Positions 1 to 10,045 are shown, numbered from the stretch's first letter. The stretch: 64,000 nt of DNA from an uncultured Verrucomicrobiae bacterium (GCA_963706955.1 CAVPOC010000008.1:288001-352000), one strand, 5' to 3'. Notes: generated from the letters alone by a model not told the origin. Numbers and translations are program-made.

Positions 1-1613
1 CACGTGTTGAGTGCGCGGTGCCATGTCCTCCCGGAAGGTTCAGTGGCGGCGATCTCAGCGCTGCACGCCTTGATCGTCTGCGGAGTGGCGATGGTATTCA
101 CAGCGATGATCTTTCGCACGCCGATATCAGTCAAGGCATCGACCGGGAGTGGATCGCAAATCCCTCCGTCGACATAGGGCACGCCGCCCCGCAGCACCGG
201 AACGCAAATTCCCGGGATCGCCAGACTGGCCAGAACGGCATCGACGACGCTCCCACTCGAAAGGACCACGCGTTCGAGGGTATCGAGGCGCGTTGCGACG
301 ATGCGGATTGGTCGTGCCATATCGGAGAAGTGAAGCGCGCCGATGGTTGCCTCGAGCCGCTTGCGCACGCGATTAGTCAGTAGGAAGCCGCGGCGTGGAA
401 AGATCGCCGGATCCATTAGGCTCCAAAGACCTCGATAGCCCTCAATCTCGCGCGCGAACCCTTCCATTTCATGACCTCCGTAGCCAGCGCCCCAAACTGC
501 GGCGATGTAAGCGCCCATACTCGATCCTGCGACGATGTCTACCTCGATCGCATTTTCTTCGAGCACCTGAAGCACGCCCACATGCGCGAGGCCGCGCGCC
601 GCGCCCGAGGAGAGAACGAGCCCAACCTGACACCCGCACATCTCGCGACCCAACCGACGAAGGCTCCCCGCAAATTGAGTCGCATCGCCATTCCGCAGGT
701 AGCTATGAACTGGGCGCTGCAGTGTCTCCTCAATATAGCCGCTCAACCCGTGAGCGCTCTCCAGGCGCTCCAGAAAGACAAGGGGCTTGATGGCGGTAGC
801 TCGATGCCCGCGCGCGTCCGCTTCGCGACAAAGCAAATTCAATTCGAATAGACTCTTTTCGTCCTGACGAAGGATCGGATAAACGGAGCAGCTGCGACCG
901 ATGATCTCAATGAGCGCTTCGGTCGCGAGTTCCTGTGGCGCCTCGACGATTACATGCGCAAACCGGCTTTTGGCACGATCCAGCACGCCTGTCAGCGCTA
1001 CGACGAACGCATCATCACCAGGCCCGTAGACTCGCTGGATCAAGACGCTTTCGATGTCTGAGGAAGAGACAGGGATAGCGTCGATGACCGGCGTAGAAGA
1101 AGCTTTGACTTTCACACAGAGAACGGTTTCACCGGTCTCCTTGGCGATGGTCGCAGCACAAATCGAAAAAAATTCTTCGGATGGAAGATTTTCCGACAAT
1201 GGCATCAAGCAGACCATTTTGCCGGCGCCCTTGCTCTTGCCATCCGGCGAGGCGGCCAAGGAAAAGCGCCCAGCCGATCTAACCATCGCCGGCCACCTCT
1301 CCATCAGCCTGCGAATGTTCCGCTTTGACGCCCGCACAACATCGCGGTCCAGAAGTGCTCTTCGCTGGAGCCTGTCACGCCATCCGCCCTCAACGGTGTC
1401 TCGCCTTGGAAGAACGAAAGATTGCTGCGAAGCGGATGAGTCACGCAAGCCGTCCAATCCCGAGAGAGGAGAACTCTGGGGGAGATCATTTCGGATCAGC
1501 GGCTGGTCACTCGGTAAGCATTCGAGTGCGTGGTTGCGCTCCTCACCCGCGCGGCACAACTCGCCGCCGGAGAGGCCCTTTGATCGCCACCAGTTTCTGA
1601 GAGCTTTTTTCAT
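1..1613 (-). CDS. Patatin-like phospholipase (NTE/RssA-like), truncated at the window edge
   Basis: Not in the ORF track because it runs off the window. Manual minus-strand translation from ATG 1613 shows SSGAARGLAHVG (oxyanion motif), AGSSMGA (GxSxG nucleophile) and YVDGG (catalytic Asp), open to position 1. Start codon uncertain. Confidence 0.88.
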   Translation of the reverse strand, partial: MKKALRNWWRSKGLSGGELCRAGEERNHALECLPSDQPLIRNDLPQSSPLSGLDGLRDSSASQQSFVLPRRDTVEGGWRDRLQRRALLDRDVVRASKRNIRRLMERWPAMVRSAGRFSLAASPDGKSKGAGKMVCLMPLSENLPSEEFFSICAATIAKETGETVLCVKVKASSTPVIDAIPVSSSDIESVLIQRVYGPGDDAFVVALTGVLDRAKSRFAHVIVEAPQELATEALIEIIGRSCSVYPILRQDEKSLFELNLLCREADARGHRATAIKPLVFLERLESAHGLSGYIEETLQRPVHSYLRNGDATQFAGSLRRLGREMCGCQVGLVLSSGAARGLAHVGVLQVLEENAIEVDIVAGSSMGAYIAAVWGAGYGGHEMEGFAREIEGYRGLWSLMDPAIFPRRGFLLTNRVRKRLEATIGALHFSDMARPIRIVATRLDTLERVVLSSGSVVDAVLASLAIPGICVPVLRGGVPYVDGGICDPLPVDALTDIGVRKIIAVNTIATPQTIKACSAEIAATEPSGRTWHRALNT

Positions 1614-1797
1614 CGCCACAGCGCACCGAGACCACACGCGATGCTGGGAGCACCTCCTCTCAGTCAGACCGCACCTGATCCCCGGTACGTCCTCTATTTT
1701 CAAACTAGATCTGGAACAGCACTTGTCAAAGCGCAGCCGCAGGCTGGTGTCTGTTCGGTTGCCGAAAGTCCCTGGCTTTGATTAGTTCGCCTATCGA

Positions 1798-2511
1798 ATG
1801 AAAACTCTGCGAGAGGCTTGGTCGGCGATTTGCAATTTCTCCGTGCAGCTCGAGCTTCCGCCAAGCCGCTGGAAGTATGCTTGGTCCACGCACGAATTGA
1901 GTGCTAAACGGCTCTACAATGGTATTCGCTGGCGACAACCGCAGATCATCGTGGAGACAGGCACCTTCGAGGGTCTGGGAACCTTCACGATGGCCATGGC
2001 TGCGCAGGAAAACGACAATGCGGCACGGATCTTCACCATCGACTACGACGGCGACCCTGATGTTTCAGTCTCGATGGAAGAGTGGTTGTTGCTTCGAAAT
2101 TTTCGGGACGAGAATCTCAACCGAGCACGCGCCTTGTTTCCAAAGGTGCAAATCCATTTTCTGAATGGAGACTCCAGAGAAGTGCTCCCCTCGATCTTTC
2201 CGGCGGAGATCGATCATTGGGATTTCTTCTTTCAGGATTCCATGCATTCCATGCAAGGTATCCTTGCCGAGTGGAGAATCATGAAGCCATTCGCACGGCC
2301 TGGCTCCGTGGTCGTCTTTGATGATGTTTGTCTCGATTGGAAAAAAATGCCGGAACACTTGCTCAAGGGAAACGACTTCTGCGGGCATTTCCTTCTTCAG
2401 GAGGGCTGGAAAGAGGGCTGGATGTGCAGATCAACCGCGGTCGGCCGCGCCCAGTTTTGGGCGCAACGAAACGATCGCCAACCAACTCCGCGACGAGGTC
2501 GTTGGCGATGA
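1798..2511 (+). CDS. Class I SAM-dependent methyltransferase (Methyltransf_24-like)
   Basis: IVETGTFEGLGT SAM-binding motif, IFTID, GDSREVLP, DFFFQDSMH, PGSVVVFDD. Confidence 0.8.
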   Translation: MKTLREAWSAICNFSVQLELPPSRWKYAWSTHELSAKRLYNGIRWRQPQIIVETGTFEGLGTFTMAMAAQENDNAARIFTIDYDGDPDVSVSMEEWLLLRNFRDENLNRARALFPKVQIHFLNGDSREVLPSIFPAEIDHWDFFFQDSMHSMQGILAEWRIMKPFARPGSVVVFDDVCLDWKKMPEHLLKGNDFCGHFLLQEGWKEGWMCRSTAVGRAQFWAQRNDRQPTPRRGRWR

Positions 2512-3251
2512 ACGCGTGGATCCTGACCGCATTCGGACTGAACATCGCCATGATCATGATGGCGGTGGCCTGGGCGATTGCGCGTCGCATCGGCAATGCC
2601 GGCGGCTTGGATGTCGCGGCAGCCGGCGGCTTTGCTCTCCTGGCCTGCTTCTACGCTACTGTCGGGACAGGTGATTCTCTCCGCAAGTGGCTTCTCGCAA
2701 GCATGGTCACGGTTTGGAGCCTGCGCCTCGCGCTGCTGCTTCTTCTTGACCTCGGACGAACCCATCCGCAGGAGCCGCGGCGTTATCTGGCGCTTCGCGA
2801 GAATTTCCCCAAGCGTCCATGGCTTATGCTTTTCGGATTCTCGCAATATCTGGCCGCGCTGGTCGCGGTGTTCTCCGTGCCCTTTGCTATCGCTTGCTCA
2901 AATCCTGCTCTCGGGCTAAGAAGCGTCGAAGTGGTTGCCGCGATGCTCTGGCTTTTGGCCATGTGCGCGAGCACGGTGGCCAGGGAGCCATTCCGGAGAT
3001 GGCTGTCAGAGCGGAGAGGTGCCCCTGCGGCACGCGACGCGAGTCTTTCGCGCTATTCGCTCCAACCCTCCTACTTCCCGGAATGGCTTGCCTGGTTCGC
3101 TTATTTTCTCTTTGCGCTGGGTTCCCCGTGGGGCTGGTCCACTTTCTATTGTCCCCTGCTCATGTTTTATTCTTTAACTACAGCCAACATGCTCCTTCCG
3201 CGACCGCCGGGAGTAAATGAATCCCGCTCCCCAACACCTGGAGATGCGTGA
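2508..3251 (+). CDS. DUF1295 / steroid 5-alpha-reductase-like membrane protein (divergent)
   Basis: ATG 2508 overlaps the upstream TGA. Multi-TM protein with WSLRLA, EPRRY and SRYSLQPSYFPEWLAW, a variant of the family motif WRYSRHPNYFxEW. Confidence 0.7.
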   Translation: MNAWILTAFGLNIAMIMMAVAWAIARRIGNAGGLDVAAAGGFALLACFYATVGTGDSLRKWLLASMVTVWSLRLALLLLLDLGRTHPQEPRRYLALRENFPKRPWLMLFGFSQYLAALVAVFSVPFAIACSNPALGLRSVEVVAAMLWLLAMCASTVAREPFRRWLSERRGAPAARDASLSRYSLQPSYFPEWLAWFAYFLFALGSPWGWSTFYCPLLMFYSLTTANMLLPRPPGVNESRSPTPGDA

Positions 3252-3317
3252 GGCGGCAAATAGCTAACCAAGAAACTCGGTGCTTAGCAGCCGCGATTAC
3301 TGACGCGCCGCCTCACG
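3247..3317. repeat. 71-nt nested inverted repeat (REP/terminator-like hairpin)
   Basis: CGTGAGGCGGC (3247-3257) and GCCGCCTCACG (3307-3317) form a perfect 11-bp IR enclosing an inner GCTAA...TTAGC hairpin. Confidence 0.5.
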
Positions 3318-3385
3318 ATACTCCGCAGCGCAAATTTAGAAAATTCTCGTAGGACTTTTCGGATTCGTCCTGCAAACTTTAAGCA

Positions 3386-4495
3386 ATGCCGCGCGTTCTA
3401 ATTCTAACCGCCAGCATGGGCGAGGGCCATAACACGGCCGCCCAGAACATTCAAGAAGCTCTCACAGCTGAAGCTGGCGACAAAGTCGCCGTCCTGGTGG
3501 CCGATCCTTACACACGCACAAATCCCGTCATCAACAAGTTCATCCAGAAGGGCTACACGACGGCAATCAACAACTATCCGCGCGCGTGGAAAGTGGTCTT
3601 TGAACTGCTTAGCAGGCGTGGAGTCGTCGAAGGTATGGGGCCGATGCTCGCGGAATTGACTGCCGGTGTCAGAGCGCTGATCGATGAGTTCCGTCCGGAT
3701 ATCATTGCCTCTACCTACCCCGTCTTCTCCTTCCTGATTGCCAAGATTCGCAAGCGAGATCCGTCCGTGGTCATTCCATTCTACACTGTGATCACCGATT
3801 CCACGATGATCAATTCGGCTTGGTACCGTTGTCCGTGCGACGGATCGATAGTTGCCGATGAGCAAACGGCGCGCGTCCTCCGCCAAGACGGCGTTCCTGA
3901 CGAAAGGGTCCACGTGCTGGGATTCCCGGTGGCTCAGGCATTCGAATCGCTCGAGCCCGCTTCACCACCGGAGCAGACGGGATGGAAGGCAATCTTCTTT
4001 GCGAGTGGAGTGTCGCAATTCGCCGTCACGGTCCTCACCCATCTCGGCGAAATGCCCGAACTGCAGGTGACGGTCGTCACCGGGCGGCGACAGAATGTTT
4101 TCCAAAGGCTGCGCAAAGCGGGCCTGCCGAAGTTTGGCTCGCTGGTGGGTTGGACCGACCAAATGCCGAACCTTATGACGTCCCATCACTTCTTTATTGG
4201 CAAGGCCGGCGGAGCCACCGTGCAGGAGGCGATCGTCGCACAAATTCCGTTTCTGGTAAGTCACGTTGTTCCCGGCCAGGAGGAAGGCAATATCGCGTTA
4301 ATCGAGCAAGCCGGGATCGGCGCTCTGGCAGTCGGCCATCCTCAACGCGTTCGCGACATCATCATGGGAGCGATGGGTCACGAAGGAAACTTATGGCGCG
4401 CCTGGCGAGCGAATCTCGCCGCCCTCAAGAAACCGCCTGCCTCACGGGCGATCGCCCGCTTTCTCCTAGAGCGCGCGCCAAAGGTTCGAACCTAA
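3386..4495 (+). CDS. MGDG synthase / UgtP-like diacylglycerol glycosyltransferase (GT28)
   Basis: ILTASMGEGHNTAA, PDIIASTYP, TVITD, IGKAGGATVQEA, VPGQEEGN. Confidence 0.88.
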   Translation: MPRVLILTASMGEGHNTAAQNIQEALTAEAGDKVAVLVADPYTRTNPVINKFIQKGYTTAINNYPRAWKVVFELLSRRGVVEGMGPMLAELTAGVRALIDEFRPDIIASTYPVFSFLIAKIRKRDPSVVIPFYTVITDSTMINSAWYRCPCDGSIVADEQTARVLRQDGVPDERVHVLGFPVAQAFESLEPASPPEQTGWKAIFFASGVSQFAVTVLTHLGEMPELQVTVVTGRRQNVFQRLRKAGLPKFGSLVGWTDQMPNLMTSHHFFIGKAGGATVQEAIVAQIPFLVSHVVPGQEEGNIALIEQAGIGALAVGHPQRVRDIIMGAMGHEGNLWRAWRANLAALKKPPASRAIARFLLERAPKVRT

Positions 4496-4539
4496 GCGAC
4501 GGAACTCGCCCCCCCGGTAAAGCGCACCACGATTGATTC

Positions 4540-5346
4540 ATGCTCTCACGCTTTCGTCGTTACGGTGAAGTTTACGCGATCATGCTGCGCAACTCGCTCA
4601 TTCGCGAAATGGCGTTCAAAGCGAATTTTCTGCTCTGGATGGGAGTCGAGCTGCTTTGGTTCATCGGACAGATCGTCTTCCTTGAGGTGATCTTCGGCTA
4701 TGTCGAGAGGATCGGTGACTGGACAAAATGGGAAGTTGTTCTACTGGTCGGAACGCATCAGCTGATTGCGCAGATCTTCCAAGCGTTTTTCTATTCGAAT
4801 CTTGCGAATCTCCCGGAGCTGATTCGCACAGGACGTTTCGATTTCCTGCTCCTTCAGCCGATCGACACACAATTCGCCGTCTCCACCAAACAATTCGGTC
4901 TCGATAATCTGGTCAACGCTCTTATCGGCGTTGCTTTCGTCGTGACGGCGTTAATCAAGTTGGCGGTGGTTCCCACGCTGGAGCAGGTCGCGCTCTACAT
5001 GGTGGCGATTGCCATGGGGGTCATGATCCACTACTGCGTCCTCTTCTGTCTGGCAGCCACAAGCTTTTGGATCGTTCGCTCGCAGGGCCTGATTTACGGA
5101 TATTACAGCTTGTTCAATCTTGGCCGTTATCCGGATGTCATTTATCGAGGGCTTTTCAAATTTGTCTTCAGTTGGATTATTCCCATCATCGTCGTCACCA
5201 ACGTGCCTACTCGTCTGCTCATCCGGGCGGCGGATTCCCCCGGGCCGCTGCTCCTCCAACTGATTTTGGCGACCTTGATCGTTACGGTCGGGACGCGTCT
5301 ATTCTGGTTAGCGGCGCTCAAGCGCTATGCGAGCGCGAGTTCGTGA
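4540..5346 (+). CDS. ABC-2 family transporter permease (DUF990-like)
   Basis: Six TM segments, IRTGRFDFLLLQPID, LGRYP, RYASASS C-terminus. Confidence 0.85.
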   Translation: MLSRFRRYGEVYAIMLRNSLIREMAFKANFLLWMGVELLWFIGQIVFLEVIFGYVERIGDWTKWEVVLLVGTHQLIAQIFQAFFYSNLANLPELIRTGRFDFLLLQPIDTQFAVSTKQFGLDNLVNALIGVAFVVTALIKLAVVPTLEQVALYMVAIAMGVMIHYCVLFCLAATSFWIVRSQGLIYGYYSLFNLGRYPDVIYRGLFKFVFSWIIPIIVVTNVPTRLLIRAADSPGPLLLQLILATLIVTVGTRLFWLAALKRYASASS

Positions 5347-5367
5347 GGCTTTCACGCGAGGACCTTC

Positions 5368-6132
5368 TCAGCGGAGCGCGCCGGTTTTTTTCAACAAGTC
5401 CTTCATCTGTTGCTTCGAACCTCGAAAGGCAATGAGAAAGCACATGCCATTCTCCTCGCGGATGGCGAGAACGGATCGATCCGCCTCCGTGATACGCCAG
5501 GATCCTTCCGGGACGATGCTGATTCCGAATGGCTGGGAGGCGAAGCAGTAGAAGTACATGACGTTTTCGGGAACGAGCGCTTGGGCGACCGGCTCATTAT
5601 CCACCGTAAACTGCCGCACCCCAACGACGTCAAAGCTCGCCAATTCAGCCGGCACCTGAAAATTGTCGAAGCCTTTGAGGGTGAACCAATCTTGTAATCC
5701 ACTCGCTTTCTCCTCGACGGCATCAAACTGGTTGGGAGTTGCTTTCGCGCCGGTCGCCGCAATTTTCAAGGCCTCGTTCGGAAACGTGCCGGCCCGGCCC
5801 AAGAACATCCAGACAAGCAAAGCAACCAAAAGAAGAAAACCGACGCCGACAGCGACGGCGGCGTGATTTCCCACCTGAGTTCGACCTTTCCCATGCTTTG
5901 CTGTGAAGACGCGAGCGCCTTCGTCGATTTGGGCTATGGAGTCTGAATCCAGCCGGATGCCCTCGAGATCATCGGCACAGGCCCGATCGAATGCCGTTTG
6001 CGACTCAACTTCGGCAGCAAGCGCCTTGTCTTTCGCGGCCACCAGCAGAGCTCGCTTGACCAGCGGGTCGGAGTCGTCGTGGCCTGTGGGACGACGACAA
6101 ACCAGGATCTGGCGGGCGGTTTTGGAGTTCAT
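5368..6132 (-). CDS. Putative single-TM anti-sigma factor
   Basis: N-terminal RPxGxDxxDP...FD motif, central TM helix and periplasmic domain. Translationally coupled to the upstream sigma-like gene. Confidence 0.55.
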   Translation of the reverse strand: MNSKTARQILVCRRPTGHDDSDPLVKRALLVAAKDKALAAEVESQTAFDRACADDLEGIRLDSDSIAQIDEGARVFTAKHGKGRTQVGNHAAVAVGVGFLLLVALLVWMFLGRAGTFPNEALKIAATGAKATPNQFDAVEEKASGLQDWFTLKGFDNFQVPAELASFDVVGVRQFTVDNEPVAQALVPENVMYFYCFASQPFGISIVPEGSWRITEADRSVLAIREENGMCFLIAFRGSKQQMKDLLKKTGALR

Positions 6133-6557
6133 GTGGCCATTGCCCTCTGCGCGCGAAGAGCCGAGCGCGTCTTGTCCACCGCGTCGGCGAGAAGCCTCTC
6201 GTCAAGATTTAAGACGTGTTGGATATCCGAGGCCGGCAGCGCGTCCAGGTAGAGTAACGCCAAGGCGCTGCGACCGGGCTCAGGCAGGTTGTGCAATTTT
6301 GCGCCAGTCCCTTCGAGTTCGCAGCGCGCAGGAAACTTGAGGCTGCGGCGACGGACGATTGTAAAGAACAACTGCTTCGATCGCTCGAGATCGCCCGGAT
6401 GCGGATGGCGCAAGAGCTCGTCAACGGAGTCCTTGAAGACCTTGGCAGTCCCCTCTTGACAGCCCGTCAGCACAAGCGCAAAGCGCCAGGCCGTTTCCAG
6501 AAAAAACCAGTCCTCAGGAATATCGCTCATCGGGCGCATGCTACATAGCTCGGTCAA
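6129..6557 (-). CDS. Degenerate ECF sigma-factor-like protein
   Basis: [10 protein letters not shown]...[11 protein letters not shown] resembles region 2 and [17 protein letters not shown]...DIQHVL resembles region 4. True start may be about 6530-6540. Confidence 0.55.
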   Translation of the reverse strand: MTELCSMRPMSDIPEDWFFLETAWRFALVLTGCQEGTAKVFKDSVDELLRHPHPGDLERSKQLFFTIVRRRSLKFPARCELEGTGAKLHNLPEPGRSALALLYLDALPASDIQHVLNLDERLLADAVDKTRSALRAQRAMAT

Positions 6558-6682
6558 AATGGCTTAACAAGTGTCTTGTGCAATCGAATCGTCGTCGCAC
6601 TTGCCAACGATCTGCAGAGCTGGCGGTCAAGGTCCCCGCGCAATTGACTTGCCCGCCACTCCCCACCATTTTTAGAGACTTC

Positions 6683-8398
6683 ATGAAGCATGTCCTTTTT
6701 GTTTGCACCGGCAATGTTTGCCGCAGCCCGATGGCCGAGGGGCTTTTCCGAAAGCTCCTCTCGGGACGCAATGACATCCGTGTGGAATCGGCTGGCATGA
6801 GCGCTGGCCGGGGCATGCCGGCAAGCCAGCACGCGATCCAAGCGCTTTCCCTCGACGGTGTGAATCTGGCAAATTTTCGCAGCCAGCCAGTCTCCGAGGA
6901 TCTGGTGCGCGCGGCCACGCATATCTTCGTGATGACACGCGATCACAAGCACATGATCGAGCTCCTCTTTCCGGAAGCTTGTGAAAAGACCTATCTGTTG
7001 CGCGAATTCGAGCCGGGCGCACCAGACGTCCCTGATCCAATTGGACTCGGGCGCGAAACCTACGAACGCTGTCGAGATACCCTCAAGAAAGCACTTCCCA
7101 ACATTCTACGATTTATCGAAAACCAAAATATGACGGCAGAATCTCTTATCCAGTCGGAAGACTCCACGCTTCCTCTCGCAGAAGTCGACACCCAAATCGC
7201 TGAGGCGATTCGCAATGAACGGCGCCGCCAGTTTGAGAATATCGAGCTCATTGCCAGCGAAAACTTTACCAGCCGGGCCGTGATGGAAGCCCAGGGATCG
7301 TGCCTGACCAACAAGTATGCAGAAGGCTATCCCGGCCGACGCTGGTATGGAGGATGCGAATTCATGGATGTGGTCGAATCACTCGCCATCGAGCGCGCAA
7401 AAAAACTATTTTCCGCCGAGCACGTTAATGTCCAACCACACAGTGGCAGCCAAGCCAACATGGCGGTCTACTTTGCGGCCTTGCAGCCCCGCGATCGGCT
7501 TCTGACGATGGACCTCGCTCATGGAGGACATCTCACACATGGGCATAAGGCCAACTTCTCGGGGAAACTCTACGAGATTCACCACTATGGAGTGGATCGT
7601 GAAAGAGAACAGATCGATTACGACGCACTCGCACGACTGGCCGATGAGGTGAAGCCCAAGATGATTACCGCGGGAGCCTCCGCCTACTCCCGGATCATCG
7701 ACTTCGCTCGCATGCGCGAGATCGCGGATTCAGTGGGCGCCTATCTTTTCGTCGACATGGCGCATATTGCAGGACTGGTCGCAGGCGGAGTGCATCCGAG
7801 CCCGATCCAGCACGCACACTTTGTCACGACAACCACGCACAAGAGCTTGCGTGGTCCGCGCGCGGGACTGGTCATGTGCAAGGAGGAATTCGCCAAGCGA
7901 CTCGACGCTCAGGCGTTTCCGGGCGTGCAAGGAGGCCCTCTCATGCATGCCATTGCTGCGAAAGCTGTCTGTCTGCATGAGGCGCTTCAGCCCTCTTTCA
8001 AAGACTACGCTCATCAGATCGTCAACAATGCCAAGGCTCTCGCGGCGCGTCTCTCGATGCTCGGCTATCGCATTGTCTCGGGAGGCACGGACAACCACTT
8101 GATGCTGGTCGACCTGCGTCCGCGCGGTCTGACGGGCGTCGATGCTCAAACGGCTCTTGATCACGCAGCGATCACTGTCAATAAGAACGCGATTCCGTTC
8201 GATACGGAGCCGATCACCAAGACCGGTGGAATTCGCGTCGGCACCCCAGCAATGACGACCCGCGGGATGAAAGAAGAGGAGATGATGGAAATCGCCGACC
8301 TCATCCACGCTGCGCTCGAACGTCGAACCGATCCGGCGAAGCTCGCTGCCCTGCGGCAGGAAGTGGTTCGCTTTACCAGTCGTTTTCCGCTTCCGTAA
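6683..8398 (+). CDS. glyA: Fusion of low-molecular-weight protein phosphatase and serine hydroxymethyltransferase
   Basis: N-terminal [16 protein letters not shown] and DVPDPIG, followed in frame by [32 protein letters not shown] and [11 protein letters not shown] (PLP lysine). Confidence 0.93.
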   Translation: MKHVLFVCTGNVCRSPMAEGLFRKLLSGRNDIRVESAGMSAGRGMPASQHAIQALSLDGVNLANFRSQPVSEDLVRAATHIFVMTRDHKHMIELLFPEACEKTYLLREFEPGAPDVPDPIGLGRETYERCRDTLKKALPNILRFIENQNMTAESLIQSEDSTLPLAEVDTQIAEAIRNERRRQFENIELIASENFTSRAVMEAQGSCLTNKYAEGYPGRRWYGGCEFMDVVESLAIERAKKLFSAEHVNVQPHSGSQANMAVYFAALQPRDRLLTMDLAHGGHLTHGHKANFSGKLYEIHHYGVDREREQIDYDALARLADEVKPKMITAGASAYSRIIDFARMREIADSVGAYLFVDMAHIAGLVAGGVHPSPIQHAHFVTTTTHKSLRGPRAGLVMCKEEFAKRLDAQAFPGVQGGPLMHAIAAKAVCLHEALQPSFKDYAHQIVNNAKALAARLSMLGYRIVSGGTDNHLMLVDLRPRGLTGVDAQTALDHAAITVNKNAIPFDTEPITKTGGIRVGTPAMTTRGMKEEEMMEIADLIHAALERRTDPAKLAALRQEVVRFTSRFPLP

Positions 8399-8410
8399 TT
8401 TCCGGACTAA

Positions 8411-8806
8411 TCAAAACGGATCGATCCTGATCCCGGGCACCTTGCCGATACCCTCGGTGGCTCGCGTTACCAACGGCACACCGAGTTGTAACGTCGCGGC
8501 TGCCAGCCAAAGATCGGTCGCGCCGAGAGAAAGACTCTGCCGCCGAAGCGATGCGCCAAGTCGGCCGAAGCCAAGCACGGTCTCCTCATCTGGCCAGAGC
8601 GTCGGGTAACGAGCGAGAAACTCAAGCAACTCCGCTGAGTCGCACTCCGCGAGAGCTGCAGCTCGAAGAAATTCGCCTTTGACGATCCACGGAATGGCCA
8701 GCGAATCCTCCAGATGCGCGCGAGCGTATGCGGACGCGGCGGAGCCATCCCCATTCTGCCAACGATCAAGGAGAAAGTCGGCGGCTACCAGGCAATCCAC
8801 TTGCAT
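8411..8806 (-). CDS. vapC: PIN-domain VapC-like protein (active site partly degenerate)
   Basis: 131 aa with PWIVKGEF and GATDLWLAAATLQLGVPLVTR. Directly follows an antitoxin-like gene. Confidence 0.72.
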   Translation of the reverse strand: MQVDCLVAADFLLDRWQNGDGSAASAYARAHLEDSLAIPWIVKGEFLRAAALAECDSAELLEFLARYPTLWPDEETVLGFGRLGASLRRQSLSLGATDLWLAAATLQLGVPLVTRATEGIGKVPGIRIDPF

Positions 8807-8808
8807 CC

Positions 8809-9018
8809 TTATGGCTCGCCTCGTGACGCGATCATTTCCACCATGGTATGGGAATGCTCCGCCGAAAGCTTGGACAGCGTGCGAAAAGCATCTTCCAGGT
8901 CACCGAACGTGCCCCGCTTAGGAACCATGCGAAGAACCACTTGCGAGAAAGAATCTCCTCCCGCCTTCCATGCCTTCAACCGCTCGTAAGCAGCCTCACT
9001 CAACGTGATCGTTTTCAT
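8809..9018 (-). CDS. vapB: VapB-family antitoxin (DUF217-like)
   Basis: MKTITLSEAAYERLKAWK...DSFSQVVLR, 69 aa from ATG 9018, ending 2 bp before the PIN gene. Confidence 0.78.
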   Translation of the reverse strand: MKTITLSEAAYERLKAWKAGGDSFSQVVLRMVPKRGTFGDLEDAFRTLSKLSAEHSHTMVEMIASRGEP

Positions 9019-9139
9019 GCTTCGTGCATACACGAATACACAAGGCATGCATATTTGCAACCCCGGCGAGGGATTTTTGAACGCCGGCCGGGTGGTAGGA
9101 CTCGACATTGCCTCCCAGCGGATAATATTTCGGATCTGG

Positions 9140-10045
9140 ATGGAGAAGGCACTCAATCACGTCGTGGAGGACATTTTGACTTCCTACGAGCGCGTCGAGG
9201 GGATGAATAACACCGACGCTTACAATTTCCCCTCGAAGCGTGCGGTCGGCGACATCTGCGAAGACATCCTGCAGATCTTATTTCCAGGTTTTCATGATGA
9301 GGAAGCTATCCACAAGAGATCGCTTCCGGTGCTCACCCGTCATCGCGTTTCCAGTGTAATGGATAGATTGGCGGAACAAGTGCGACAGAGCATGCACCTT
9401 TGCGACGACGTCCGACGCCGGGGCCAGGCGCTATCGTTGCCCAAGTTTTTCGAAACCATTCCCAAAGTTCGCGAGATCCTCCATACGGACGTCGAAGCGG
9501 CCTACGAAGGAGATCCGGCCGCCTTAAACAAGGAGGAGATCATTCTTTCCTATCCGTTTATCGAGGCCATCGCCATTCAACGAATGGCACACGGACTGCA
9601 TCTTTCCGGAATACCCATCATCCCGCGAATGATGACCGAATGGGCGCATGGGCGCACTGGCATCGATATTCACCCAGGCGCAACAATTGGTTCACATTTT
9701 TTTATTGATCATGGGACCGGAGTCGTCATTGGCGAGACCAGCGTCATCGGGAACTACGTCAAGATGTATCAAGGAGTCGCCTTGATCGGACGCTCGCTGT
9801 CGGGTGGGCAGAGCTTGAGAGGGGTCCGTCGTCATCCCACGATCGAGGATCATGTGACGATTTACGCGGGCACGACAATCATGGGTGGGGAGACCGTCAT
9901 CGGCGCGCATAGCACACTCGGCGCTAACGTTTTCTTGACGCATAGCGTTCCCCCCCACTCGCTCGTCTTTTATGAGGAGAAACAGTTGCGCATCCTCGAC
10001 AAACGCAAGCGACACGCTGAACCCGAACTGGAATGGTCTATTTAG
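9140..10045 (+). CDS. cysE: Serine O-acetyltransferase (EpsC-type)
   Basis: DVEAAYEGDPAA, TGIDIHPGATIG, FFIDHGTGVVIGET, RHPTIED. Confidence 0.93.
   Translation: MEKALNHVVEDILTSYERVEGMNNTDAYNFPSKRAVGDICEDILQILFPGFHDEEAIHKRSLPVLTRHRVSSVMDRLAEQVRQSMHLCDDVRRRGQALSLPKFFETIPKVREILHTDVEAAYEGDPAALNKEEIILSYPFIEAIAIQRMAHGLHLSGIPIIPRMMTEWAHGRTGIDIHPGATIGSHFFIDHGTGVVIGETSVIGNYVKMYQGVALIGRSLSGGQSLRGVRRHPTIEDHVTIYAGTTIMGGETVIGAHSTLGANVFLTHSVPPHSLVFYEEKQLRILDKRKRHAEPELEWSI

Noticed and set aside
18..1785. Plus-strand ORFs 18-383, 471-851 and 1054-1785
   Set aside because: Antisense shadows of the patatin gene; the same applies to most long overlapping ORFs in this GC-rich window
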